Shown here piece by piece: positions 1 through 10,397 of a stretch of DNA of 64,000 nt. A model generated the notes under the pieces. The model saw only the letters and a program-made list of their open reading frames with translations. It did no database searches and was not told the origin of the DNA. Numbering within the stretch: position 1 is the stretch's first letter; every line of letters begins with the position of its first letter. The stretch spans positions 1 to 64,000 of the forward strand of contig JBDRKI010000036.1 in NCBI GenBank assembly GCA_043814095.1, written 5' to 3'. The stretch is from Armatimonadota bacterium (GTDB lineage Bacteria > Vulcanimicrobiota > JACPDS01 > JBDRKI01). Made by a program: the position numbers and the translations under genes.

Positions 1-392
1 CTATTATACGAAGCAACCAGTGCTCCTTCCGTTGTCGCCAGCGGGATATAAAAGTCTCCCTGCGCATATAATCCGTTTACCCGCAACGGACCGGCAACCC
101 CGATCGGAACTTGCGCTAAGCCTATAAAGTTTTCTATATTGCCGTTAAAAACGGAAAAATCTTCTATATTTTCTTTGCCGTTAATGAATTTTAATTTTGC
201 ACCCTGTTTTTCTAATATTTTGATTTTTTCGTCCACGGCTTCACGGGTAAGGGCTCTTTCGAGCGGAATGCATTCCGGCAAAGCTTTTTTGCCGGCAGCA
301 TGAGGATTGAGTTTCTCAATAAGCAACTCAGGGGATTTATTTTTAAGAATGTTTTTAATCGCTTTCATGGAATGGCTTCTAGATATTGGCAT
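1..392 (-). CDS. hmgA: HMG-CoA reductase, class I (NADPH) type; 5' part only, runs off the window start
   Basis: Manual translation from the ATG at 392: [13 protein letters not shown]...[21 protein letters not shown]...[19 protein letters not shown](R). Contains the class I HMGR ENxIG and PxATTEGxLVAS motifs; GGTG RBS upstream. Not in the ORF track. Confidence 0.88.
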   Translation of the reverse strand, partial: MPISRSHSMKAIKNILKNKSPELLIEKLNPHAAGKKALPECIPLERALTREAVDEKIKILEKQGAKLKFINGKENIEDFSVFNGNIENFIGLAQVPIGVAGPLRVNGLYAQGDFYIPLATTEGALVASYN

Positions 393-481
393 TATTCACC
401 TCTGCGCCCTGATATATTAGACGTTTGTTGTTTATTAAATTCAAGCAAGAAGGATTATATCCCTCCATGAAAGGATAATAC

Positions 482-509
482 TTGACCCGAGCCGTATATG
501 TGGTATATT
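482..509 (+). promoter_or_regulatory. putative sigma70-type promoter for miaB
   Basis: TTGACC (482-487), 16-bp spacer ending in TGG, TATATT (504-509; extended -10 TGn). Confidence 0.45.
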
Positions 510-518
510 CATATCATA

Positions 519-1841
519 ATGAGATCAAAAACTTATCATATCCTTACCTATGGTTGTCAGATGAATGAATTTGACTCCCAGGTTATAGAGCACCAGATGC
601 AGTCCTCTGGTTTTATCCCGGAAGAGAATGTAAAAGCCGCGGATATTATTATATTTAACACATGCTGTGTAAGAGAGAATGCCGACCAGAAGGTTTACGG
701 CAGGTTAGGTGAGTTTAAGGAATTAAAAAGGAATAACCCCGACCTTATTATTGCTGTGTGCGGGTGCCTGGCCCAGAAAGATAAAAATGAGCTTTTAAAA
801 AGGTTTGATAATGTGAATCTTGTTCTGGGAACAAACAACTTAAGCAGGCTGGGTTCTGAGATAGTAAAGATATCTGAAGAGAATAATCCCATACAGAGAT
901 TAATTGAGGATTTAGAAGGGGATCCCGAGGAAGTAGATGCTAAAAGAAATAATAATTTTAGTGCATATATCCCCATAAGCATAGGGTGTGACTGCTTCTG
1001 TACATTCTGCATAGTGCCTTATGTAAGGGGTAGGTTGAGAAGTAAACCTGTTGATGTAATTGTAAAAGAGGCTGAGAAACTGGCAGGTTTAGGATATAAA
1101 GAGATATTTCTGCTGGGACAGAATGTTAATGCTTACGGGGTTGATAGGGGTGAGTCTGAATTTACGGAACTTTTGAAAAGGGTTAATGATATTGATGGCA
1201 TTGAGAGGATAAGGTTTACATCCCCCCATCCTAAAGATTTTACGGTAGAGCAGGTTAAAGAGATATCTAAGCTTGATAAGGTATGCAGGCAGATTCATCT
1301 GCCGCTGCAGTCAGGAGATGACCTTATACTTAAAAGAATGAAAAGGGGTTATACTTCCTCTCAATTTTATGAGCTTGCTTCTGCTATAAGAGAGTATTTC
1401 GGTCCTGAGTGTTCAATAACCACTGATATTATCGTAGGGTTTCCCAATGAAGAAGAAGCTCATTTTGAGAATACATTAAAAATGGCGGAGAAGGTAGAAT
1501 TTGATAACGCTTTTATGTTCGCTTATTCTAAAAGAAGCGGCACCCCTGCGGCTAGAATAGAAGATAATGTTTCCCATGAAGAGAAAATGAGAAGATTGTA
1601 TAAATTAATAGAAGTTCAGAATAATATAACACAGAAGAAAAATTTAGGTTTGATAGGAAAAGAGCTTTCTGTTATGGTTGAGGGAGAAGCAAAGAAGAAT
1701 AAGGATAATAATATGCTTGAAGGAAGATCTTCCTGCGGCAGGCGTGTTGTCTTTGAAGGCGCTAAGTCTCTTATAGGAGAAATAATACCCGTAAAAATAA
1801 AGGAAGCTTTTATATGGGGAGTTAAGGGAGAGATAGTATGA
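519..1841 (+). CDS. miaB: tRNA-2-methylthio-N6-dimethylallyladenosine synthase MiaB
   Basis: TYGCQMNEFDS, NTCCVRENA, radical SAM GCDCFCTFC, RIRFTSPHP, C-terminal TRAM domain. Start moved from 498 to the ATG at 519 (MRSKTYH). Confidence 0.95.
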   Translation: MRSKTYHILTYGCQMNEFDSQVIEHQMQSSGFIPEENVKAADIIIFNTCCVRENADQKVYGRLGEFKELKRNNPDLIIAVCGCLAQKDKNELLKRFDNVNLVLGTNNLSRLGSEIVKISEENNPIQRLIEDLEGDPEEVDAKRNNNFSAYIPISIGCDCFCTFCIVPYVRGRLRSKPVDVIVKEAEKLAGLGYKEIFLLGQNVNAYGVDRGESEFTELLKRVNDIDGIERIRFTSPHPKDFTVEQVKEISKLDKVCRQIHLPLQSGDDLILKRMKRGYTSSQFYELASAIREYFGPECSITTDIIVGFPNEEEAHFENTLKMAEKVEFDNAFMFAYSKRSGTPAARIEDNVSHEEKMRRLYKLIEVQNNITQKKNLGLIGKELSVMVEGEAKKNKDNNMLEGRSSCGRRVVFEGAKSLIGEIIPVKIKEAFIWGVKGEIV

Positions 1842-2797
1842 ATAAAAAAATATTAATTGCTTTGATGGTATTTGTATGTATTACGGGAAGCGCTTGTTTT
1901 GCATTGGATGACTATTTTTTCCATGATATGGATATAAGGATTGTTAATAATGATAATCTTGACAGTCTGTACGGGGTGGAGTTTTTTGACCGCAGCAGTA
2001 TGATATTAAAAATTCAGTGCAACAGCGCCATGCTTACAAAGGGATATATGAAGCTGATAGACAAATTTCTGGAAAGAGGCGGTGCGGTATGGATAACCGA
2101 TTCTTTCGTGGCCCGGAATTTCGGGTTTGAACCCGCTAATTTTACTGCCAAAGAGGTTAAGGGAAAAGCCGTTAAGGCGATATACGGTTACGAGCAGAAA
2201 TATCCCGCTTATATGTGTACGGCATATCCCGCGTCAACAGATTCCATACTTACCGGCGTGGAACCTATCAAAGTGGGGTGCATTATGGTAGGGCCGAACA
2301 TCTACAGCGCCATAGCGCCCGAACCGGGGAATAAGGATTTTTATCCCCTTCTTAAGATTGATGATGTGCATTATGCCAGTGCGTATATAACAAAGGGTAA
2401 GGGTAAGATGATATTTATGCCATGCATTGATCCCAAGAATAAGAAAAGCAAGATATTTCTGGATAACGTTAGGGAATTTTCATACAGCGATCTTAATCCC
2501 GAACCGGAAGATATGTATGCGTGCAGTATTTATTTTAAAGGCGGGAAGGATTTAAAAGGTTTTATCTTAAACAGGGAGATAGGCGCTTTTGTTAATAATG
2601 ACAGTAAAACATACCAGTACAGGGATGTTAATAAAATAGTATTTAAACATCCCAGGGAAGAAGACGAGATTTACTTAAAAACAGGAGAAGTAATAAAAGG
2701 GATTATAACGGTTGAAACAATAAATTTTACTCCCGGAGGAGATCTTCTGGAGAAATTTGATCCCAAAGATATAACCGAGATTATATTCGGCAATTAA
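1838..2797 (+). CDS. secreted hypothetical protein
   Basis: 319-aa ORF with a signal peptide ([22 protein letters not shown]); ATGA overlap with the miaB stop. Confidence 0.75.
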   Translation: MNKKILIALMVFVCITGSACFALDDYFFHDMDIRIVNNDNLDSLYGVEFFDRSSMILKIQCNSAMLTKGYMKLIDKFLERGGAVWITDSFVARNFGFEPANFTAKEVKGKAVKAIYGYEQKYPAYMCTAYPASTDSILTGVEPIKVGCIMVGPNIYSAIAPEPGNKDFYPLLKIDDVHYASAYITKGKGKMIFMPCIDPKNKKSKIFLDNVREFSYSDLNPEPEDMYACSIYFKGGKDLKGFILNREIGAFVNNDSKTYQYRDVNKIVFKHPREEDEIYLKTGEVIKGIITVETINFTPGGDLLEKFDPKDITEIIFGN

Positions 2798-2804
2798 AGG
2801 AGAG

Positions 2805-4202
2805 ATGATTATGCATGAACTTACGCCTAAAGAGATAGTATCGGAATTAGATAAGTATATTATAAGTCAGGATGACGCGAAACGCGCCGTTGCCGTCGCG
2901 TTGAGGAATAGATTCCGGCGCTCCAGACTCGGTGAAGACATAAAAGAAGAAGTTATTCCCAAAAATATTTTAATGATAGGCCCTACGGGTGTTGGAAAAA
3001 CAGAGATAGCCCGCCGGCTGGCTAAGCTTGCCGATGCCCCGTTTGTGAAAGTTGAAGCCACAAAATATACCGAAGTGGGATATGTGGGAAGAGATGTTGA
3101 GTCCATGGTAAGGGATCTTGTTGAGGGCTCCATAAGAATGGTTAGGGCGCATAAATCCGAACAGGTAAAAGAAACGGCAAAAGAGCTTGCCGTTGAACGG
3201 GTTGTTGAATTACTGAAGCCTTCAAGCAGGAAAAAAGAAGGCATAAACCCTCTTACAATGATTTTCGGGGGCGGACAGCAGAAACCCCAGAATGATATCC
3301 CTCCCGAGATTCTCCAGCAGATAGAAGCCGAGAGGGAAATTTTAAGAAAGAAAATTAAAAACGGGGAGCTTGACGATAAGCATGTGGAAATTGAAGTTGA
3401 AGAAGGCGCGTCATCTGTTGTGGAAATATTTTCCGCTACCGGTATGGAAGAGATGGGAGTTAATTTCCAGGATATGCTGGGCGGCCTTATGCCCAAGAAG
3501 AAAAAGAAAAGAGATGTTAAGATTAAAGACGCATTAAAGATACTTGAAGTTGAAGAAGCCCAGAGGCTTATTGATATGGAAGAAGTAAAGAGGGAAGCCA
3601 TTAAAAAATGCGAGGAGCACGGTATAATATTCATAGATGAGATGGATAAAATAGCGGGCAAGGAAAAAGGATACGGGCCTGATGTTTCAAGGGAGGGCGT
3701 ACAGCGCGATATTCTCCCCATAGTTGAGGGCTCTACCGTAAATACAAGATACGGTCCCGTTAAAACAGATCATGTTCTGTTTATCGCGGCAGGGGCTTTT
3801 CATGCTTCAAAGCCTTCTGACCTTATACCCGAACTGCAGGGTCGTTTCCCTATAAGAGTTGAACTTAAGAATTTAACCAGGGACGATTTCGTAAAAATAC
3901 TGACAGAACCCACCAATGCTCTTGTAAAGCAGTATAAAGCGCTTCTTGAAGTTGACAATGTGGAAATCAGCTTTACGGAAGACGGGTTGGAAGAACTTGC
4001 CGAAGTTTCGGTTCTTGTAAACGAGCAGACTGAGAATATAGGGGCAAGGCGCCTGCATACAATTTTAGAAAAAGTGCTTGATGAAGTTTCTTTCAGGGCC
4101 CCGTTTGATAATAAGGTTAAGATAGACGTAAATAAGGCTTATGTAAAACAGCAGCTTGACCAGATAATAAAAGACAGGGATCTTACAAGATATATATTAT
4201 AA
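2805..4202 (+). CDS. hslU: ATP-dependent protease ATPase subunit HslU
   Basis: [51 protein letters not shown]-terminal DLTRYIL. Confidence 0.97.
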   Translation: MIMHELTPKEIVSELDKYIISQDDAKRAVAVALRNRFRRSRLGEDIKEEVIPKNILMIGPTGVGKTEIARRLAKLADAPFVKVEATKYTEVGYVGRDVESMVRDLVEGSIRMVRAHKSEQVKETAKELAVERVVELLKPSSRKKEGINPLTMIFGGGQQKPQNDIPPEILQQIEAEREILRKKIKNGELDDKHVEIEVEEGASSVVEIFSATGMEEMGVNFQDMLGGLMPKKKKKRDVKIKDALKILEVEEAQRLIDMEEVKREAIKKCEEHGIIFIDEMDKIAGKEKGYGPDVSREGVQRDILPIVEGSTVNTRYGPVKTDHVLFIAAGAFHASKPSDLIPELQGRFPIRVELKNLTRDDFVKILTEPTNALVKQYKALLEVDNVEISFTEDGLEELAEVSVLVNEQTENIGARRLHTILEKVLDEVSFRAPFDNKVKIDVNKAYVKQQLDQIIKDRDLTRYIL

Positions 4203-4363
4203 ATAAGGGATAAGAATTGATTATAGGTGACGAGCTTCACCGCAGTTGTCTCCGGGGTGGTTTTGGGGCAAAAACGTTATCAAATAGAGTATTTTTATCA
4301 TAGAAGGGACTGGTGACCAGTTCATAGAATAAAATTAAAACAAGCTATCTTAAGGAATATTTT

Positions 4364-4645
4364 ATGATAAATATAAATATACTGGCCCAGGCATCTCCTA
4401 AATACAACATTATTTATATGGCGATTTTCGGATCTTTTGCGCGGGGAGATTTTTCTTCTCAAAGTGATATTGATATATTGGTAAAATTTGAAAAAAGAAA
4501 AAGTCTTTTAGAAATTGTCAGGATACAGAGAGAACTTTCGGAACTTATTGGCAACCCCGTGGATTTACTTACGGAAAAATCTATAAGCCCTTATATTATG
4601 GAGAAGATAAAACACGAATTAAAGGTGATTTATGATAAGAGATGA
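4364..4645 (+). CDS. minimal nucleotidyltransferase (MNT) antitoxin
   Basis: FGSFARG...SDIDILV motif; overlaps the downstream HEPN gene. Confidence 0.88.
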   Translation: MININILAQASPKYNIIYMAIFGSFARGDFSSQSDIDILVKFEKRKSLLEIVRIQRELSELIGNPVDLLTEKSISPYIMEKIKHELKVIYDKR

Positions 4646-4976
4646 TTCGATATATTTTAAGCATATTTTAGAGGCAATAAATAGGATAGGGCTATATGTT
4701 TATAAGATAAACCATAAAAGTTTTCTTGAGAATGACATGATTCAGGATGCGGTAATAAGACAAATAGAAATTATGGGCGAAGCCGTTAAAAACATATCGG
4801 ACGAATTAAAAGGAAAATATCCCAATATTCCATGGAAAGATATAGCGGGTATGAGAGATAAATTGATCCATGATTATTTCGGTGTAGATACCGATGCCGT
4901 ATGGGATACTGTAGAGCAGGATATTCCTGTTTTTAAAAAAGAAGTTGAAGATATTTTGAAGGAAGAGGGTTTTTAA
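4632..4976 (+). CDS. HEPN/DUF86 ribonuclease toxin (HepT-like)
   Basis: DAVIRQIEIMGEA, IPWKDIAGMRDKLIHDY (RxxxxH motif). Confidence 0.9.
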   Translation: MIRDDSIYFKHILEAINRIGLYVYKINHKSFLENDMIQDAVIRQIEIMGEAVKNISDELKGKYPNIPWKDIAGMRDKLIHDYFGVDTDAVWDTVEQDIPVFKKEVEDILKEEGF

Positions 4977-5132
4977 CACAAAATCCCGATGATGTATTAT
5001 CCCAAATGACACTGCAAAAACAGCCCCGAATGACCGTTTAATCTGCGTAATCAATAATAAAACAGGATAAATTATCCGCTTGGCTAATCATACATATTGT
5101 TCGGTCATTATTTAAAAAGGCCGGGGGTGGAT

Positions 5133-6320
5133 ATGGTTAAAAAGAAAAGCAGGCCTGACGAGCTTAAGCTATTAAACCAGTATATTGAAGAAAAAGAGCT
5201 TTCCAGTGTTGAACAGATAAGAGGAACGGTATTAATCTTTGTTTTCCTGTTTGCCTTCCTTACAACACCCGCGGTTCTGAAAAACGTCTCCATAATTCCA
5301 TATATTTCCCTTATATTCATAATGATAGTTTATTACGGGATTATATACAGGAGAATATATAACTGGGTTTGGGAGAACAAAAAGCTTCTTAATTCCTTTA
5401 AGCACATGCAGTCCATTATTAATCTTTTATTAATAACCGTTCTTGTTCACTTGACCGGCGGTGTGGAAAGCTACTTTACTTTTGTATATATCTTTGAAAT
5501 TATCATGGCGGGATTTCTTCTTTCATGGAAAGAGTCTTTCCTTGAAGCGTCCATGGGATGGATATTTTATCTTTCCCTGCTTTTTATGGAAAAATCGGGA
5601 TGGGTCGCGCATATATCCGTGTGGTCCGATGCCGCCGCTTACAGGGAAATGTCAATTATCCTTATAAGCACCTTAAGGCTTATTGTGGTTTTATACATAT
5701 CAAGCTTTATCGCGGGGTATTTAAATGTTTATGTTGTAAGGAATACGCTCCAGAGAAGCAAGATGCTGAATTATATATCAAAGCTTACGGTCGCGTTTAA
5801 TAAATCCATTATCAATGATTCTTTAACAAATTTCTACACATTCGGCTACTTTAAGTTAAGGTTAGTAGAAGAGATGCTTAAGGCAAGGTTTTTTGAAACA
5901 GAACTTACCCTTATATATTTCAGCATAAAAGATTTTGATAAGGTTGAGCAAAAACAGGGCATGTTCTTCGCGAACAGGGTGCTGAAAGAGTTCGCGAAGA
6001 ATTTAAATTATTTATTCTCCAAACATGATCTCGCGTGCAGGGTGACAGACGGGGAGTTTATAGCCCTTATTGTTGACGCGAAAGAGTCTGGTGTGGCGGG
6101 TAAAATAAATCAGTTGAGAGAAAAAATAAGGGATGTCGTCATAAATATTGACGGTAATATCATAGATAATATGGAAGTGGCTTTCGGCTGGGTTATGTTC
6201 CCGCAGGACGCGCAAAGCGTGGAAGTCCTTATAGAAAAGGGGAGGCAGTCCTGGTATATAGCCAAACATATGGATGACGACTCCGTATTCAGGTATAAAG
6301 GCGAATTTGAGAAAAACTAA
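5133..6320 (+). CDS. multi-TM membrane protein with degenerate GGDEF domain
   Basis: About 6 TM helices, then DSLTNFY, DFDK and RVTDGEF in place of RxGGDEF. ATG at 5133 follows a GGGGG RBS (ORF track start 5097). Confidence 0.75.
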   Translation: MVKKKSRPDELKLLNQYIEEKELSSVEQIRGTVLIFVFLFAFLTTPAVLKNVSIIPYISLIFIMIVYYGIIYRRIYNWVWENKKLLNSFKHMQSIINLLLITVLVHLTGGVESYFTFVYIFEIIMAGFLLSWKESFLEASMGWIFYLSLLFMEKSGWVAHISVWSDAAAYREMSIILISTLRLIVVLYISSFIAGYLNVYVVRNTLQRSKMLNYISKLTVAFNKSIINDSLTNFYTFGYFKLRLVEEMLKARFFETELTLIYFSIKDFDKVEQKQGMFFANRVLKEFAKNLNYLFSKHDLACRVTDGEFIALIVDAKESGVAGKINQLREKIRDVVINIDGNIIDNMEVAFGWVMFPQDAQSVEVLIEKGRQSWYIAKHMDDDSVFRYKGEFEKN

Positions 6321-6335
6321 AAAGCAGGCGCATAA

Positions 6336-7889
6336 ATGAAAAGGGCTTTGATAAGCGTATATAAAAAAGAAGGGATAGAAGATTTTGCCCGGTCGCTTAA
6401 AAAACTGGGCTGGGAGATTATATCTACTTCTGGCACGGCAAAGATTTTAGAAAAAGCCGGCATAGAAATAACCCCGGTAGAGACTCTTACGCAGTACCCG
6501 GAAGTATTTGACGGAAGATTAAAAACAATAAGCTTTCAGATAGAAGCAGGGATACTGTTTAACAGGGAAGACCCCCGCCATGTAAAAGACGCTGAAGTCT
6601 CAGGCGTTAAGTCCATAGATATGGTTATATGTAATTTTTACCCCTTTGCCGATATAGCGGCTTCTGCCGGCACAGCTGATGAAGCGATAGAGGGTATTGA
6701 TGTCGGCGGTCCTACAATGGCAAGGGCTGCGGCTAAGAATTTTAAAAATGTTGTTGTTGTTACAGACCCTTCACAGTATCAGTTAATAATTGATGAACTT
6801 AATAAGTATGAGGAAGCAAGCTTTGAAACAAGAAAAAAGCTGGCTTCTACCGCTTTTTATACGCTTTCAAAATATGACGCCTCAGTTTATAAATATTTCA
6901 ATAAAAAGTTTTTTAATGAAGAATCGTATGATTTAAGGCTAAATAAAGGAAAAAAACTCCGTTACGGCGAGAACCCGCACCAGGAAGGATATTTTTACAA
7001 AACTGATGCGGAAGACGGGCTTGTGATTTCAGATTTTATGAAAATTCAGGGGAAAGAGCTTTCTTTTAATAATATTCTGGATCTGGACAGGGCTCTTAAC
7101 GCCCTTTCTTTTATTGCCGGCAAAGAGCCCGCGTGCGTTATAGTGAAACACGGCAACCCCTGCGGCGCTGCGCGCCGCGCCGCCGTAAGAGATAATGCGG
7201 AGAATGCGTTTCTTAATGCATGGGACGGGGATTCTCTGGCGGCATTCGGCGGGGTGATAGTTATTAATAAAGAAGTCAGTAAAGAGCTTGCGGAGTTTAT
7301 GTTAAAAGACGGAAGGTTTTTTGAGATTCTGGCCGCGCCGGAGGTATCCGAAGGAGCTAAAGAGATTTTCTCTAAAAAGCCGAAACTTATAATTCTTAAG
7401 AACCCCGCTTTATATAATCCGGCTTTAAATAAAGAGAAGGATTATAAAAAGGTGAGAGGCGGCTTTTTAGTCCAGTCTCCCGATATTTATGAACTGAAAA
7501 AAGAAAATTTAAAAGTTGTTACCAAAACTTCTCCGTCGGAAGCTCAGACGGAAGATATGATTTTCGCCTGGCAGATATGCAGGGCAAGCATCTCAAATAC
7601 GGTTGTCATGGTAAAAGATAAAAAACTTATATCATCAGGTGCCGGACAGCAGGACAGGAAAAGAGCCGCGGAACTCGCGGTTATAAAGGCGGGAGACAGG
7701 GCAAAAGGGTGCGTTGCCGCCTCTGACGGTTTTTTCCCTTTTTCCGACGGACCGGAAATATTATTAAAAGCAGGGGTAAGCGCCGTAATCCAGCCCGGCG
7801 GGTCAATAAGAGATAAAGATACAATTGGTGTATGCGATAAATACAATATACCTATGGTATTTACCGGGTTGAGATGCTTTAAGCATTAA
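6336..7889 (+). CDS. purH: bifunctional AICAR transformylase / IMP cyclohydrolase
   Basis: RALISVYKK, IDVGGPTMARAAAKN, LRYGENPHQ, VKHGNPCG, ASDGFFPF, IQPGGSIRD. Confidence 0.96.
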   Translation: MKRALISVYKKEGIEDFARSLKKLGWEIISTSGTAKILEKAGIEITPVETLTQYPEVFDGRLKTISFQIEAGILFNREDPRHVKDAEVSGVKSIDMVICNFYPFADIAASAGTADEAIEGIDVGGPTMARAAAKNFKNVVVVTDPSQYQLIIDELNKYEEASFETRKKLASTAFYTLSKYDASVYKYFNKKFFNEESYDLRLNKGKKLRYGENPHQEGYFYKTDAEDGLVISDFMKIQGKELSFNNILDLDRALNALSFIAGKEPACVIVKHGNPCGAARRAAVRDNAENAFLNAWDGDSLAAFGGVIVINKEVSKELAEFMLKDGRFFEILAAPEVSEGAKEIFSKKPKLIILKNPALYNPALNKEKDYKKVRGGFLVQSPDIYELKKENLKVVTKTSPSEAQTEDMIFAWQICRASISNTVVMVKDKKLISSGAGQQDRKRAAELAVIKAGDRAKGCVAASDGFFPFSDGPEILLKAGVSAVIQPGGSIRDKDTIGVCDKYNIPMVFTGLRCFKH

Positions 7890-7939
7890 ATCATTTAATT
7901 GATATTGTAAAATAAATAATATTATAAGGGGAGGAGAGC

Positions 7940-9142
7940 ATGAAAAAAATAGCGGAAGGCAAAACCAAAATTATTTTCCAGAACGGTTCAAAAGACGAAG
8001 TTATAATTTTAAGCAAGGATAAAATAACCGCTGGAGACGGCGCTAAAGTTAATGTCATAAAAGACAAGGGTGTATACGCGAACAAGACAACCTGCAACTG
8101 CTATACATTATTAAATATGTGCGGTATAAAGACCCATTTTATCTCGGGGATAAGCGATGACAGCTTCAAGGCGTTAAAGTGCGATATGATACCTCTTGAA
8201 GTTGTTGTAAGGAGAATCGCTTTCGGTTCATATCTTAAGAGAAACCCGGGAGTGAAAGAAGGGTATGTTTTTGGGGATCTTTTACAGGAATTTTTCTTGA
8301 AAGACGACGCAAGACACGACCCCATAATGACATATGATGAGATTATAGAGGCAAAATTAAAAGCCGGTAAAAGAATCATAAAGGCTTCAGATCTTGAATT
8401 TATGATAAAAGAAGCGAAAAAGATATTTAAGATACTTGAAAGAGCGTGGCTTCTCAGAGATGTAACTCTTGTTGACCTGAAAGCGGAGTTCGGCATAACG
8501 GAACACGGGGAACTCGTGCTTGCAGATGTTATAGATAATGACAGCTGGAGAATATGGCCGGGCGGGAAACTTACCGAGATGAAAGATAAGCAGGTTTACC
8601 GCAATCTTTCAAAAGTCACGAAAGAGTCTCTTTCAAAGATTGCCGATAATTACAGGTGGGTGGCAGATACAACGGACGACTTCTGCAGAAAGACTGCCCC
8701 GCACGCCGTTATATTTATGGGTTCAGAGAAAGATAAATCACACGCAGATGAGATAATAAAAGTCCTTAAGGGTTTCGGCATCGGTTTTGATGTAAATATT
8801 CTTTCCGCGCACAAGAATACGGAGAAGCTTTTGAATATGCTTAAATATTATAACCACAGCTATCCTTACGCGGTATTTATAGCTGTCGCGGGAAGGTCAA
8901 ACGCTTTAGGTCCTGTTCTTGACGGGAATACGCTTTATCCGGTTATAAACTGTCCTCCGCCGGGAAGTGCGTTCGGGGGGATGGATATACTTTCTTCCCT
9001 GAGGCTGCCTTCAAATATGGCATGCACTACAATACTTGAGCCGGGAAATGCGGCTCTTGCGGCAGTGAAAATTCTGGCACAGACAAATCTCCCTTTATGG
9101 GCAAAACTTAACCTTCATTGTGACGGAATAAAAGGAGAATAA
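7940..9142 (+). CDS. purC: bifunctional SAICAR synthetase / class II AIR carboxylase (PurC-PurE fusion, PAICS-like)
   Basis: N-terminal PurC motifs EGKTK, IPLEVVVRR, LADVIDNDSWR; C-terminal PurE motifs MGSEKD, SAHK, AVAGRSNALG, PVINCPP. Confidence 0.93.
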   Translation: MKKIAEGKTKIIFQNGSKDEVIILSKDKITAGDGAKVNVIKDKGVYANKTTCNCYTLLNMCGIKTHFISGISDDSFKALKCDMIPLEVVVRRIAFGSYLKRNPGVKEGYVFGDLLQEFFLKDDARHDPIMTYDEIIEAKLKAGKRIIKASDLEFMIKEAKKIFKILERAWLLRDVTLVDLKAEFGITEHGELVLADVIDNDSWRIWPGGKLTEMKDKQVYRNLSKVTKESLSKIADNYRWVADTTDDFCRKTAPHAVIFMGSEKDKSHADEIIKVLKGFGIGFDVNILSAHKNTEKLLNMLKYYNHSYPYAVFIAVAGRSNALGPVLDGNTLYPVINCPPPGSAFGGMDILSSLRLPSNMACTTILEPGNAALAAVKILAQTNLPLWAKLNLHCDGIKGE

Positions 9143-10134
9143 TGAAATACAGGGTTAATGTTGAGCTGGGCGATTTATGCTCTAAGATTGCTTACGGTTA
9201 CGCGAAAAAAACTTTTAAAAACCGGAAAGGCTCTGTAGGAAGCTCGTTAAATATTGAAGGGGGGTTTTCCGGGCTTCTTGATTTCGGTTCGTTTTGTCTT
9301 TGTTTTAATTCGGACGGAACCGGCACTAAATCTTCCGTAGCCCATTCTGTAAAAAAATACGATACTTTAGGATGTGATCTTGTTGCCATGGTTGCTGATG
9401 ATGCGGTAACCCTGGGAGCGGAACCGGTATCCATGATTAATAATTTAGATATTGATAAGGTGAATCCCGGCATAATAAAGCCTCTTATGAGAGGGCTTGA
9501 GAAAGCCGCAGAAACGGCCGGGATAACTGTAGCCGGAGGGGAGATTGCGGAAGTGCCGGATCTTGTTAAGGGTATATGCTGGAATGCGGCATTAATAGGT
9601 ATAGTTGATAAGAATAAAGTAATAGACGGGAGCAGGATATCCAAAGGAGACAAGATTATAGGGCTTTTAACCGATAACTTCCGTTCCAACGGCTTTACCC
9701 TTATAAGGGATGTTCTTAAGAAAAAGCTGGGGGACCTCTGGCATAATAAAAAGTATTCCAAAGGTAAAAGCTGGGGGGAGGCTGTTCTTGCTCCTTCCAA
9801 GATATTCACTCCCTTTATACTTGATCTGGCAGGGAGATATAAAAAGAAAGCTAAAGCGAAAATAACGGGGATTGCGCATATAACAGGGGGCGGGATATAT
9901 AATAACATAAAAAGAATAATTCCCGGAGGATTAAAGGCTGATATTTATAATATCCCGGAACCTCCTAAAATATTTAAAGAGCTCATAAATCTGGGAAGCA
10001 TAAATAAAAAAACAGCTTATAACACTTTCAATATGGGAGTAGGCATGGTTATTATAACGCCGGAATCGGAAAAGATTTTAAAATATTTAAAGGCAAAGAA
10101 CCTTCCGGCTGAAATTATCGGGGTGGTGAAATGA
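9142..10134 (+). CDS. purM: phosphoribosylformylglycinamidine cyclo-ligase
   Basis: DGTGTK, GCDLVAMVADD, GGEIAE, SNGFTL, AHITGGG, TFNMGVG. Confidence 0.93.
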   Translation: MKYRVNVELGDLCSKIAYGYAKKTFKNRKGSVGSSLNIEGGFSGLLDFGSFCLCFNSDGTGTKSSVAHSVKKYDTLGCDLVAMVADDAVTLGAEPVSMINNLDIDKVNPGIIKPLMRGLEKAAETAGITVAGGEIAEVPDLVKGICWNAALIGIVDKNKVIDGSRISKGDKIIGLLTDNFRSNGFTLIRDVLKKKLGDLWHNKKYSKGKSWGEAVLAPSKIFTPFILDLAGRYKKKAKAKITGIAHITGGGIYNNIKRIIPGGLKADIYNIPEPPKIFKELINLGSINKKTAYNTFNMGVGMVIITPESEKILKYLKAKNLPAEIIGVVK

Positions 10135-10397
10135 AATATAAGGCGAAAGTACACATAACCTTAAAAAAAGGCATCCTGGATATCCAGGGAAATACAATAC
10201 AGAACGCTCTTCACAGCATAGGTTTTGAAGAAGTGGATAATATGCATATAGGCAAATACATGGAGTTTACGATTAAAACCAAAAATGAATCAACCGCGAA
10301 AAAACGTGTTGATACAATGTGCAGGAAACTTCTGGCAAACCCCGTTATTGAAGATTTTAATTTTACGTTAACAAAGATAAAAGGGGAGAAAAAATGA
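10131..10397 (+). CDS. purS: FGAM synthase subunit PurS
   Basis: LDIQG, GKYME, MCRKLLANPVIE. Confidence 0.95.
   Translation: MKYKAKVHITLKKGILDIQGNTIQNALHSIGFEEVDNMHIGKYMEFTIKTKNESTAKKRVDTMCRKLLANPVIEDFNFTLTKIKGEKK

Noticed and set aside
2867-3721. Long antisense ORFs (also 9198-9908, 17785-18306, 54569-55147, 59901-60827, 61234-61764)
   Set aside because: They shadow well-conserved genes on the opposite strand and have no motifs or RBS; codon-bias artefacts
4203-4363. GC-richer patch with a small hairpin (GGTGA...TCACC) after hslU
   Set aside because: No recognisable RNA family, repeat partner or ORF
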